Part shown: positions 1 through 8,994 of the stretch, one piece after another
How the letters are laid out: each line of letters begins with the position of its first letter
Numbering within the stretch: the first letter of the stretch is position 1
Source of the DNA: Anaerolineales bacterium
GTDB lineage: Bacteria; Chloroflexota; Anaerolineae; Anaerolineales; UBA11579
NCBI GenBank assembly: GCA_026129255.1
Contig: JAHCIJ010000002.1
Coordinates: forward strand, 386,234 to 450,233
Direction of reading: 5' to 3'
DNA length: 64,000 nt
Made by a program: the position numbers and the translations under genes
Notes under the pieces: model-generated
Told to the model about the DNA's origin: nothing
The model's database searches: none
What the model saw: only the letters and a program-made list of their open reading frames with translations

Positions 1-3000
1 CTACCGCCTGGGCTGGAACGAGGATTCCGAGCAGCTGACGCTGATGTATGGCTACCAGTGCACCACGGGCAACCCGTGCAGCACGCCGGATACGCCGTAC
101 ACGGCCAGCGGCTACGCGGGGACGGCTACCAACCGCGTGGCGAGCCGCTGGCGCGTAGACCGCATCTTGGACCGGCATGGCAATTTCATCGATTATGCGT
201 ATACGGAAGAGCAGCCTGACCCGGCTTCGCAGATCCCTGCGTTTGACCGGGCCAGCTACCTGGCCACGATCGCGTTCACTGGTTTCATCGAGGGCGGTTT
301 TGAGGGCACGGTAACCGAGACGCCGGGATACACGGTTGAATTTGTGCTGGGCACCCGCGAGGGGGTGGGCGATGTGGCCCCGTTGAACTTTGGCATTTGG
401 GACCAGTGGGACAGCCAGCTGCTGGAGCGCATCGAGATCCACTATGACAGCCTGCTGGTGCGCAGCTATGACTTTGGCTATGCGGCGGCGGCAGCCCCCA
501 ATGCCAACGGCACGCTGACGCTGACAGAGATCGCAGTGAGCGGCGGCGGCTATACCGAAGGCTCCATCAGTATCCCCAGCACGGATGCCACAACGATCAC
601 GTTTGCGTACGACGATCTGCCCAACCGGGCGCCGAGCGGCCAACAGAATGTGTGGAGCTACCCGCGCCTGGTCTCGATCGCCAATGGGTATGGCGGCCAA
701 CTCAACTACACCTATGAGCATGATGGCCGCGGGGCCAGCTCCTGGTACAACTACCGCGTGCAGCTGGCCGAGGTGGAGAGCGGGCTGGGATTGGCGGCGG
801 TGCAGCGCTATGCCTACGCCACGCCAGCATACACGAACCAGCCCAGCAACGGCCTGGGGGCCTTGTATGGCTACGCCACTGTCACCGAGGCCGCCCGCAA
901 CTTTGCCGACACGGCCGACCTTGTGCAGACTGTGTATAGCTTCGGCACGGCCGGGTTGGATATTGGCCGCCTGCTGACGGCGGATACGAAGGACCCTGGC
1001 GGCCAGGTGCTGCGGCGGGTGCGCAACACTTACACCACAGATAACAGCCAGGCGCCGTTTGAGGGATGGAACTTCCGCTATGTTTTGCAGAGCGAAAACT
1101 TTGAGTGGAACGGCAGCAATTTAGCGCTGATCAACAAAACCGTGTTCCAGCGTGACCCCCTGTATGGCAACCTGCTCACGCGCAGTGAGTATCTGGGGGG
1201 CAACCTGTACCGCAAGCAGATCCTGGAGTACGCCGTCAACCCTGATCCGGCGGTGTACATCCTTGACCGGGTTGCCAGCCAAACGCTGCGGGATGCGAAT
1301 AATACGCTGCTGGGCGAGACGCGCTATGTGTATGACGGCGGCGGCACGCTCAGCCTGGGGGAGCTCAGCCTGAGCCAAACGCTGACGGGAGTGAGCTACC
1401 CACAGAGCGTGGATGCGGCATATGTGTACGATGTGTTTGGCAACCTGGTGGAGACGCGGGCGTATGCGGGCTATGGCAGCGCGGGCTCAGCGCCCGGCGG
1501 CGGATACAGCGCCAGCCAGGTGGCGTATGACAGCGGCTTGCACACCTACCCGGTGAGCGCCACGAACGCGCTCGGCCAGAGCTCTGGCAGCAGCTACCTG
1601 TATTCGCTGGGCGTGCCAGTGAGCGTGACGGACCCCAATGGCTGGACGAGCAGCAGCAGCTACGACGGCCTGGGCCGCGTGGTGAGCACCACTGCGCCGG
1701 GTTTTGGGCAGGCGAATGTGATCTTCACCTATCCCAGCCCGAGCAATGGCCAGGTGGCGGCGCCGTATAGCATGAGCATGCAAATTCTGGATACGCTCGG
1801 CCCGGGCGCGCCGGCCTACCGCACGGTGACGGGTGTGTACGACGGCTTGAGCCGCATCCTGACGCAGAGCGTGGGCGGGCTGACCACGCTGACCGAATAT
1901 GACGAGCGCGGCCAAGTGAGTCGCCAGAGCCTGCCGCACGCCAGCGGCGAGACGCCGCGCTATGTGGAGACCAGCTACGATACGCTGGGGCGGCCCACCA
2001 GCAGCACGCGGCCGGGCGGCATCACCACGCTCTATAGTTATGCCGGGCTGGCTGTGACGACGATCGACCCCAACGGCCACCGTGTGACGCGCGGCCATGA
2101 TGGGCTGGGGCGCATGATCCGGGTGGATGAATATTCCGGCGAGCATCCCTCCACCGAGCTGTATGCCTCCACTGTGTATTCGTACACTGTGCGTGACCAG
2201 CTGGTGCAGGTGAAGGATGCGCAGAACAACCTGACCTCGATCAGCTATGACTGGCTGGGGCGCAAGACGAGTATGAACGACCCGGACATGGGCGTGTGGA
2301 GCTATGCCTATGATGCGCTGGGGAATTTAGTTCAACAAACTGACGCCAGGGGGCAGTCGCTGGGTTTTGAGTACGATGCGCTGGGTCGATTAATCGAAAA
2401 GATCAATGTCAACACCAGTCAGACCATCGCCACGTACACGTATGGCAGCACAGCGGGCACGATCGGCTTCCGCATGGCGATGAGCGACGCCAGCGGCAGC
2501 ACGGCCTGGAGCTACAGCAACTACGGGCGCACGGCCAGCGAAAGCCGCACGATAGACGGGGAGACGTATACCTTCACCACGGTGAGCGATTGGCTGGGGC
2601 GCGTGGCAAGCATTACTTACCCGGATAGCGAGGTGGTGAGCTACAGCTATGATGCGCTGGGGCGCGCCAACGGGGTTGTGGGCAGCCAGGCGGGCACCAT
2701 CGCGCAGCTGGCCTATAACAGTATTAGTCAGATAACGTCAACGAGTCTGGGTAATGGCGTGCAAGTCACAAATACCTACGACAGTGTGACGAGTCGACTA
2801 AGCAACCGCAATGCCACCAACGGTAGCGAAGACCTGATCGACTTCAGTTATGGCTATGACGCGGCTGGCAACATCACCAGTATTACGGATGCCGTGCTGG
2901 GCGAGAGCTTTGCGTATAGCTACGATCACTTGAACCGCCTGCTGGATGCGGACGCATACATTGATGCGGAGCCTGAGACGTATGTGTACCGCCAGCGCTG

Positions 3001-6000
3001 GGAGTATGACGGCATCGGCAACATGCTGCTGGCGGGCTTCTATGTGCCCGAAGAGCCGACCCCGACCGAGACGGGTACCGAGACCAGTACACCTACTGCC
3101 AGCAGTACGCCAACTGTGACGCAAACGCCGACGCCCACCGACACCGAAGAGGAAGGCCATGTACCCGGCGGGCTGCCCGGTGGGCTGCTGGCGGCTGCCG
3201 CCACCGAGGCCGCCAAGGCCACCCGCGGCGCGGTGCTGCGCTCGAAGGTTGCGCGCCTGCTGCTGCTGGACGACGAGCCGACCGAGACGCCCACGGCGAG
3301 CGATACACCGACGGCGAGTAGCACGCCTTCGCCCACGGCCAGCCATACAGCCACTGCCACGGCGGCGCCGGTGCTGCTGGGGGAATGGCATATGAACGAA
3401 ACTGCGGGAAGCAATGTGCCAGACAGCTCTGGCAAGGGGCACAACGGCACGCGCAGCGGCGCTACGTGGACTGTTTACGGCGTCTCCGGCGGGGCGCTGG
3501 AGTTTGACGGGGTGGATGATTACGTCAATGTGAGCAGCACAAACGACCTGAAGCCCACCAATAGCTTCAGTGTGGCGGCGTGGGTAAACCCCAGCGAAGT
3601 GGGCGTGGCCAATCGCATCATCCTCATCAAGGGCGCGTGGGATTATTCGCTGCGCCTGAACAGCGATGGCTACCTTGAGTTCCGCCTGGGTGAGGTGAGC
3701 CCGCACACCGTGAGCGGGCCGATACTGCCTGCCTATACCTGGACCTATGTAGTGGGTGTGTACAACAAAGACGCCAACACCATGCAGCTGTATGTGAACG
3801 GCCAGCTGGTTGCGGCCCAGGCGGTGACAGGCTCCATCACGCATGACGACAACCCGCTGCGCATCGGCGCATACATCACCGGCGGGCAATACTGGAAGGG
3901 CCGCCTGGATGAAGTAAGCCTCTACGACCGCGCCCTGACGCAAGACGAGATTGCGGCGCGCTACACCAGCTTCCCCACGCCCACGCCTACCGTGGGTGCG
4001 CAAACAGCCACGAACACGCCCACCACTACGCTGACGCCAAGTCTGACACCATCCCCCACGCCTTCGCCCAGCCTCACGCCCACGCTGGCGCCGGGCGGTG
4101 TGTGGGGCACGGGGCAGGATGGCAATGTGACGATCCCCACCGCAACCGCCGCGCACAATCTCCACACAACCAACTTTGCGGCGGGGCGTACCTGCAGTGA
4201 TGGCGGGGATGCGGTTGTCTATTCGGTAACCGCGCTGAGCTCAAACAGCGCAACCCTCAGCACATCCCCCAGTGCGGGCTGTTTGAACGTAGGTGACGAA
4301 ATTTTGCTGGCCAACATGCAAGGCGCAAATGGCTCCAGCATAAACACCGGCAATCACGAGTTTCTGCGCGTGTTAGCGGTCAGTGGAAGCACAGTTACTT
4401 TTTATACAAACAAAGAAAACTTCTATGGCTCTGCGGGCGGTAGTGATGCAGGGATTGGCACGGGGGCCACAGACCAGAAAGTGATCTTGCAACGCGTGCC
4501 TAACTATGCGGATCTGACGATCGCTGGCACGCTCACGGGGTCTGAATGGAACGGCACGCGCTTTGGCGTGCTGGCCTTGCGCGTGGCCGGTGAGCTGAGC
4601 GGCGCTGGCAGCCTGCACATGAATGCGCTCGGCTACCGTGGGGGCCGCGGCGGGTGGCTGGACACTCCACGCAATGAGCATTCCGATGCACACCAGGGGG
4701 AGAGTTACCCGCGGGTGGGGGTGTCCTCTGGGTCGCCTAATGGCGGCGGTGGCGGCGGGACAAATTCCAACCGCGGCGCTGGCGGCGGCTATGCGGCTAC
4801 CGGGGTAAGCGGGATAAACACAACCGGCGGGCAGCCCTACGGAGACGCGCAGTTGAGCCATCTGTGGATGGGCAGTGGCGGTGGCGGCGGTGATCACCCT
4901 TGCTCGCCGTGCTCTGGCCCCACCGGTGGAGCCGGCGGCGGGGCGCTATATATTTATGCACACACTGTAGATTATGCTGGCACGCTGAGCGCCAATGGCG
5001 GCGACGGGGCGTGCTACCCGGTCACAAACAACCAGAGTAGTGGTGGAGGCAGTGGCGGCACGATACGCATTGAGGGTGATGCGATCACATTGGATGGCAG
5101 CGTTACGGCCGCCAAGGGTATTGGCTGCGCAACCGGCGATGGCAGTGAGGGGCGTATCGCCGTTTTTTATGGCAGCAGCTTGAGCACCAGCACGGTGAGC
5201 CCGGCAGCGTACACCGAAGCGCAAGCGACACCACAACCCACGGCCACCCCCGGCCCGGCAGGGCCGTGGGGGACAGGTGAGGATGGGAACTTAAGCATAA
5301 CCAACCCGTTCAACATGCATACACAGAACAGTGGTGGCCGTGTTTGTGGTGATGGTGGGGATGCTGTGTCCTATTCGGTCACAGGGCTTACGGAGACCAC
5401 CGGCACCCTAAGCCAAAGCCCTGGGGCTGGCTGCCTGGCAGCGGGGGATGAAGTGCTGCTGATCCATATGCAGGGTACGTCGACTAACTATGCCAATCTG
5501 GGCAACTATGAATTATTGCGGGTATTGATGGTAGTAGGTTCCACCGTTTTCTTTGTGAACGGCAAAACGCTGGACTATGGAAACGATGGCGGCGATGAGA
5601 ACATTGGCGTCAGTGACGGGCAGCAGAAAGTTGTGCTGATGCGTGTACCCAACTACCAGAACGTAGACATCGGCAGCACCCTCACTGGCAGCGCCTGGGA
5701 CGGCACGCGCTTTGGCGTCATGGCCTTCCGCGTAGCGGGTGAGCTGAGCGGCGACGGCAGCATCAGCATGAGTGAGCGCGGCTATCGCGGTGGTAACCCC
5801 GGCTGGCGTGCGGATGGGCAGGGCGAGCTGCGTTACGCCAAACAGGGTGAAAGCTTTGCCGGGCCAGGCATACACTCACACGCCAATAACCAGGGCGGGG
5901 GAGGTGGCAACACCTCAAACGTTGGCGCGGGCGGAGGCTATGCCAGCGGAGGGGGTAATGGGATCAATACGAGTGGCGGAATCACCTATGGTGTGGACAC

Positions 6001-7831
6001 CCTGGATAGGCTGACGGTTGGCTCGGGAGGAGGCGGGTCTGTGTTCTTGTGCACCCCATGTGCAGGCGGGCAGGGAGGGGCCGGTGGTGGGGCGATACTG
6101 ATCTTTGCGCACAGCATTGATCTTGAAGGCAGTATTGCCGCCAATGGCAAGGCTGGGGAGTGTGTGCTGCCAACAAACAACACGCGCTCCGGCGGGGGCT
6201 CGGGTGGTTCCATCCGCTTGGAATCGGAAAGTATTGAGGTAGCTGGAGCGATAAACGCCACGGGTGGAGCTGGATGTGCTGGCTCTGGGCCAGGCGGTAC
6301 GGGACGAATAGCTGTGTATGCAGATTATTTTGCCTATAGCGCTGTTGACCCCGCCCCTTGGGTGCCAGGAGCTACAGCAACTCCGACGCCCACCCCCACG
6401 CCGACCACGCCAACGTTGCAACCGGGCTGGCACGATGGGCTGTATTTTTACGAAGGTGCCCAGCCCCACGCGGTCACGAGTGTTGAGCGCGGGGAAGACG
6501 AAGACACCTATGCGTATGACGCTAATGGAAACATGCTGGAGCGTATCGAAGGCGAAACCACCTGGACGCAAACCTACAACGCTGAAAATCGACTTTCGTC
6601 TATCAGTGATGGCACCGATACATGGACTTTCACTTATGACGGGGACGGCAGACGGGTCAGGCAAGTTGGCCCAACAGGGGAGGTAACACATTATGTAGGG
6701 GGCGGTATTTTTGAAGTACGAGATGCATTGGGGGATACAGAATTTATCAAGTATTACGGTATTGCTGGCCAACGTGTGGCCATGCAAGATGATGGGGGAA
6801 TCAAGTACTTACTAACAGACCACTTAGGCTCAGTGAGTGCCGTATTGGACGATACTGGAGCCATGCTGAGCCAGCAGCGTTACACGCCCTATGGCGAAAC
6901 ACGGTTTGAGATTGGCATAACTGAGACCGACTTTGGGTACACGGGCCAGCGTGTGTTAGCAGGCACTGGATTGATGGATTACAACGCGCGTTTCTATGCG
7001 CCTGGGCTGGGGCGATGGACGCAGCCGGATAGTATTGTGCCGGGGGTAAGCAACCCGCAGAATCTAAACCGTTTTAGTTATGTGCTAAACAACCCAATCA
7101 ACTTTGTTGATCCGAGTGGGCACTGCCCATCAGGCTTACGTTTGCTCGATGGGGAACAGTGCACTTCTAAGCCTAAAGCCACACCGATAAAACTCACACA
7201 GCAAGGAGAGCTTTTTGAAGAGTGGTATGAGAAACTAAATGCTAACAAAAACGGATGGTGGCAAGATGTTCTTGGCTCTGATGGTTCTTTTACTGTTATA
7301 GATGCTATCTCTATGGTGATGATCCAAGAGGCTCAAGGGCAATGGACCAACCCCCATCTTGGCGAAGCGATGATTCGTGCTGCCAATCAATACTGTAAGG
7401 CGCAATATAGTTCACCCTGCACACGGACTGGCTATATAAATTGGTTTGCGCGATATTCGCAAACTGCAATGTCACTAGTTAAGCAAGGGCAGCCAACCCC
7501 GCCGGATCCTCGTATCAATTATTCTGACTGGAATTCAATAGCTCAAGCCTCGGTAATCGACTTGGGGGCAAGTATCTCTAATCATCCGGTTAACTGGGAG
7601 GTGGGTTGCGTGTCTTCGAGTCCCTGTGGATGGGGGAACAATACAGCTGATATGTTTCCTGAGGCAGTGAGAGAACACTTGCATTTGAACCCAACGGCAT
7701 CATTTACATATTGGCCAGCTACTAATAATTACAACCCGAGTGTCAACTCATTTTTTATCCCTTCGGGTTGTATGGTTAGATTCTGGTTGGCAGGTAACAT
7801 CGGCTTTCATTGCCCAATAGGTATCCCATGA
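1..7831 (+). CDS. Giant RHS/YD-repeat polymorphic toxin, 5' end outside window (TcB/TcC-like shell, LamG, two Gly-rich domains, RHS core, unassigned Cys-rich C-terminal tip)
   Basis: Frame is open from base 2, with no stop before the first ATG at 44. Many YD-type repeats (YDGLGR, YDALGN, YDWLGR, YDHLNR). 'RWRVDRILDRHGNFIDYAYTEE' resembles the TcdB mid domain. RHS core 'YTGQRVLAGTGLMDYNARFYAPGLGRWTQPDS..NPINFVDPSGH' lies near 6900-7125. Confidence 0.9.
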   Translation, partial: YRLGWNEDSEQLTLMYGYQCTTGNPCSTPDTPYTASGYAGTATNRVASRWRVDRILDRHGNFIDYAYTEEQPDPASQIPAFDRASYLATIAFTGFIEGGFEGTVTETPGYTVEFVLGTREGVGDVAPLNFGIWDQWDSQLLERIEIHYDSLLVRSYDFGYAAAAAPNANGTLTLTEIAVSGGGYTEGSISIPSTDATTITFAYDDLPNRAPSGQQNVWSYPRLVSIANGYGGQLNYTYEHDGRGASSWYNYRVQLAEVESGLGLAAVQRYAYATPAYTNQPSNGLGALYGYATVTEAARNFADTADLVQTVYSFGTAGLDIGRLLTADTKDPGGQVLRRVRNTYTTDNSQAPFEGWNFRYVLQSENFEWNGSNLALINKTVFQRDPLYGNLLTRSEYLGGNLYRKQILEYAVNPDPAVYILDRVASQTLRDANNTLLGETRYVYDGGGTLSLGELSLSQTLTGVSYPQSVDAAYVYDVFGNLVETRAYAGYGSAGSAPGGGYSASQVAYDSGLHTYPVSATNALGQSSGSSYLYSLGVPVSVTDPNGWTSSSSYDGLGRVVSTTAPGFGQANVIFTYPSPSNGQVAAPYSMSMQILDTLGPGAPAYRTVTGVYDGLSRILTQSVGGLTTLTEYDERGQVSRQSLPHASGETPRYVETSYDTLGRPTSSTRPGGITTLYSYAGLAVTTIDPNGHRVTRGHDGLGRMIRVDEYSGEHPSTELYASTVYSYTVRDQLVQVKDAQNNLTSISYDWLGRKTSMNDPDMGVWSYAYDALGNLVQQTDARGQSLGFEYDALGRLIEKINVNTSQTIATYTYGSTAGTIGFRMAMSDASGSTAWSYSNYGRTASESRTIDGETYTFTTVSDWLGRVASITYPDSEVVSYSYDALGRANGVVGSQAGTIAQLAYNSISQITSTSLGNGVQVTNTYDSVTSRLSNRNATNGSEDLIDFSYGYDAAGNITSITDAVLGESFAYSYDHLNRLLDADAYIDAEPETYVYRQRWEYDGIGNMLLAGFYVPEEPTPTETGTETSTPTASSTPTVTQTPTPTDTEEEGHVPGGLPGGLLAAAATEAAKATRGAVLRSKVARLLLLDDEPTETPTASDTPTASSTPSPTASHTATATAAPVLLGEWHMNETAGSNVPDSSGKGHNGTRSGATWTVYGVSGGALEFDGVDDYVNVSSTNDLKPTNSFSVAAWVNPSEVGVANRIILIKGAWDYSLRLNSDGYLEFRLGEVSPHTVSGPILPAYTWTYVVGVYNKDANTMQLYVNGQLVAAQAVTGSITHDDNPLRIGAYITGGQYWKGRLDEVSLYDRALTQDEIAARYTSFPTPTPTVGAQTATNTPTTTLTPSLTPSPTPSPSLTPTLAPGGVWGTGQDGNVTIPTATAAHNLHTTNFAAGRTCSDGGDAVVYSVTALSSNSATLSTSPSAGCLNVGDEILLANMQGANGSSINTGNHEFLRVLAVSGSTVTFYTNKENFYGSAGGSDAGIGTGATDQKVILQRVPNYADLTIAGTLTGSEWNGTRFGVLALRVAGELSGAGSLHMNALGYRGGRGGWLDTPRNEHSDAHQGESYPRVGVSSGSPNGGGGGGTNSNRGAGGGYAATGVSGINTTGGQPYGDAQLSHLWMGSGGGGGDHPCSPCSGPTGGAGGGALYIYAHTVDYAGTLSANGGDGACYPVTNNQSSGGGSGGTIRIEGDAITLDGSVTAAKGIGCATGDGSEGRIAVFYGSSLSTSTVSPAAYTEAQATPQPTATPGPAGPWGTGEDGNLSITNPFNMHTQNSGGRVCGDGGDAVSYSVTGLTETTGTLSQSPGAGCLAAGDEVLLIHMQGTSTNYANLGNYELLRVLMVVGSTVFFVNGKTLDYGNDGGDENIGVSDGQQKVVLMRVPNYQNVDIGSTLTGSAWDGTRFGVMAFRVAGELSGDGSISMSERGYRGGNPGWRADGQGELRYAKQGESFAGPGIHSHANNQGGGGGNTSNVGAGGGYASGGGNGINTSGGITYGVDTLDRLTVGSGGGGSVFLCTPCAGGQGGAGGGAILIFAHSIDLEGSIAANGKAGECVLPTNNTRSGGGSGGSIRLESESIEVAGAINATGGAGCAGSGPGGTGRIAVYADYFAYSAVDPAPWVPGATATPTPTPTPTTPTLQPGWHDGLYFYEGAQPHAVTSVERGEDEDTYAYDANGNMLERIEGETTWTQTYNAENRLSSISDGTDTWTFTYDGDGRRVRQVGPTGEVTHYVGGGIFEVRDALGDTEFIKYYGIAGQRVAMQDDGGIKYLLTDHLGSVSAVLDDTGAMLSQQRYTPYGETRFEIGITETDFGYTGQRVLAGTGLMDYNARFYAPGLGRWTQPDSIVPGVSNPQNLNRFSYVLNNPINFVDPSGHCPSGLRLLDGEQCTSKPKATPIKLTQQGELFEEWYEKLNANKNGWWQDVLGSDGSFTVIDAISMVMIQEAQGQWTNPHLGEAMIRAANQYCKAQYSSPCTRTGYINWFARYSQTAMSLVKQGQPTPPDPRINYSDWNSIAQASVIDLGASISNHPVNWEVGCVSSSPCGWGNNTADMFPEAVREHLHLNPTASFTYWPATNNYNPSVNSFFIPSGCMVRFWLAGNIGFHCPIGIP
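3372..3965 (+). other. LamG / concanavalin-A-like lectin domain embedded in the RHS protein
   Basis: 'LLGEWHMNETAGSNVPDSSGKGHNGT...ALEFDGVDDYVNV...FSVAAWVNP...YVNGQLVA...PLRIGA...WKGRLDEVSLYDRALTQDEI' is the typical LamG/laminin-G_3 signature. It is flanked by Pro/Thr-rich linkers. Confidence 0.8.
4094..5218 (+). repeat. Intragenic tandem duplication, copy 1 of a ~370-aa Gly-rich domain
   Basis: Starts 'GVWGTGQDGNVTI', contains 'RFGVLALRVAGELSGAGSLHMNALGYRGG' and GGGxGG runs, and ends 'GRIAVFYGSS'. It is colinear with copy 2. Confidence 0.85.
5261..6357 (+). repeat. Intragenic tandem duplication, copy 2 of the Gly-rich domain
   Basis: Starts 'GPWGTGEDGNLSI', contains 'RFGVMAFRVAGELSGDGSISMSERGYRGG', and ends 'GRIAVYADYF'. 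The order of conserved blocks matches copy 1. Confidence 0.85.
6415..7125 (+). repeat. RHS-core recombination module, copy A (inside the main gene)
   Basis: 'LQPGWHDGLYFYEGAQPHAVTSVERGEDEDTYAYDANGNM ... NFVDPSGH'. It is colinear at DNA level with 9086-9790 and partly with 11811-11979. Confidence 0.9.
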
Positions 7832-8994
7832 GATACAGCTTATCCATGCTTTTGTCTTTGGTTTTGTTGACGGGATGTTCTCATAATATAGATTCTCCGC
7901 CTATGCTCGAAGTCGACGCGACAATAATAAGCCCCGCGGGGCAGCTTGAACCTTCAAGTACTCCGGCGCAGTTGCTAGCCGGGATTGAAGAAAGATGCTT
8001 GTGGCTCTCAGATCTTCCCATCCCTAGGCTATATGGTTCGCTTGTATATGATCGCTACGAATTATTTAGTGACGAATATGGTATTAGCATCCGAGACCTG
8101 AGAACCGACCGAGACTTCTTTGTTAAGGATTCGCGGTGGGCTTATGTATCTCCTAATCGAGAACTCATTGCATTTGAAATGATCGGTGACACCACTCTTG
8201 TCACTGACAAATTTGCTCACGTATTACAGAGTATTCCTCAAAGTAGGTATGCCGGCATACCAGTTAATGGCTGGATAAACAATGAAACTTTGGGTTTGGC
8301 GATTTATCCCAATAACTCTTTGAGAATATGGAACTGGCACGATCGTGAGTATCAAGAACTCTCGCGCGGAGAATTTCGTGACTTTGCTTCCATCGATCCG
8401 CAATGGACATTCGCCGTAAATTCAGACCTAAGCTTATTTGCCTATTCTAGTCAGGAGAACGGAACAACTTCTCTCGTAGTTTGGGATGATGTGCTAAAGA
8501 CTGAGATCGCGCGAATTCTGTATCCATCAAGAACTCTCCCCCCGATATGGTCTCCTGACGGTGGGCGCCTGCTCTTTTCTGCTGAGCTTAACGACTCGAC
8601 ACCTGACTTTCAATCAGGGGATCTGTTTTTTGTTACCAAGGATGGAGAAATAAACCGTTTAACTCAATTTGAGGACTCCTTGGCTTTTTTACAGTATGCT
8701 CCCGCGTGGTCTCCCAGCGGAGAAGCAGTTGCTTTTCTCTTCCGAAGTTCTCTTGATCAGCTTGAAGATGTAGGAGTCGTAGAAGTTGCGAAACAGAATG
8801 TTGTTCGCTATTGCACGGGGAGTTTTGGCCAATTCCTTGGCCCACCGCCTATCTGGTCGCCTGATGGTCAGTACATAATTATCCATCTGCAGAGCAACGG
8901 TTTTAGGCCATTTCTTGTTAACGTTGATTCTGGTGAAACGTGGCCTTTGCTAGAGGAGGGCGCTACCGTGCACGGATGGGTCGCAGGTGAGTAG
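7828..8994 (+). CDS. Exported PD40/TolB-like beta-propeller lipoprotein, candidate immunity protein for the main RHS tip
   Basis: The ATG at 7828 overlaps the RHS stop (ATGA). Lipobox 'LLSLVLLTGCSH'. Repeated 'WSPDGGRLLFSA', 'WSPSGEAVAFLF', 'WSPDGQYIIIHL'. The DNA is visibly AT-richer. Confidence 0.75.
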   Translation: MRYSLSMLLSLVLLTGCSHNIDSPPMLEVDATIISPAGQLEPSSTPAQLLAGIEERCLWLSDLPIPRLYGSLVYDRYELFSDEYGISIRDLRTDRDFFVKDSRWAYVSPNRELIAFEMIGDTTLVTDKFAHVLQSIPQSRYAGIPVNGWINNETLGLAIYPNNSLRIWNWHDREYQELSRGEFRDFASIDPQWTFAVNSDLSLFAYSSQENGTTSLVVWDDVLKTEIARILYPSRTLPPIWSPDGGRLLFSAELNDSTPDFQSGDLFFVTKDGEINRLTQFEDSLAFLQYAPAWSPSGEAVAFLFRSSLDQLEDVGVVEVAKQNVVRYCTGSFGQFLGPPPIWSPDGQYIIIHLQSNGFRPFLVNVDSGETWPLLEEGATVHGWVAGE

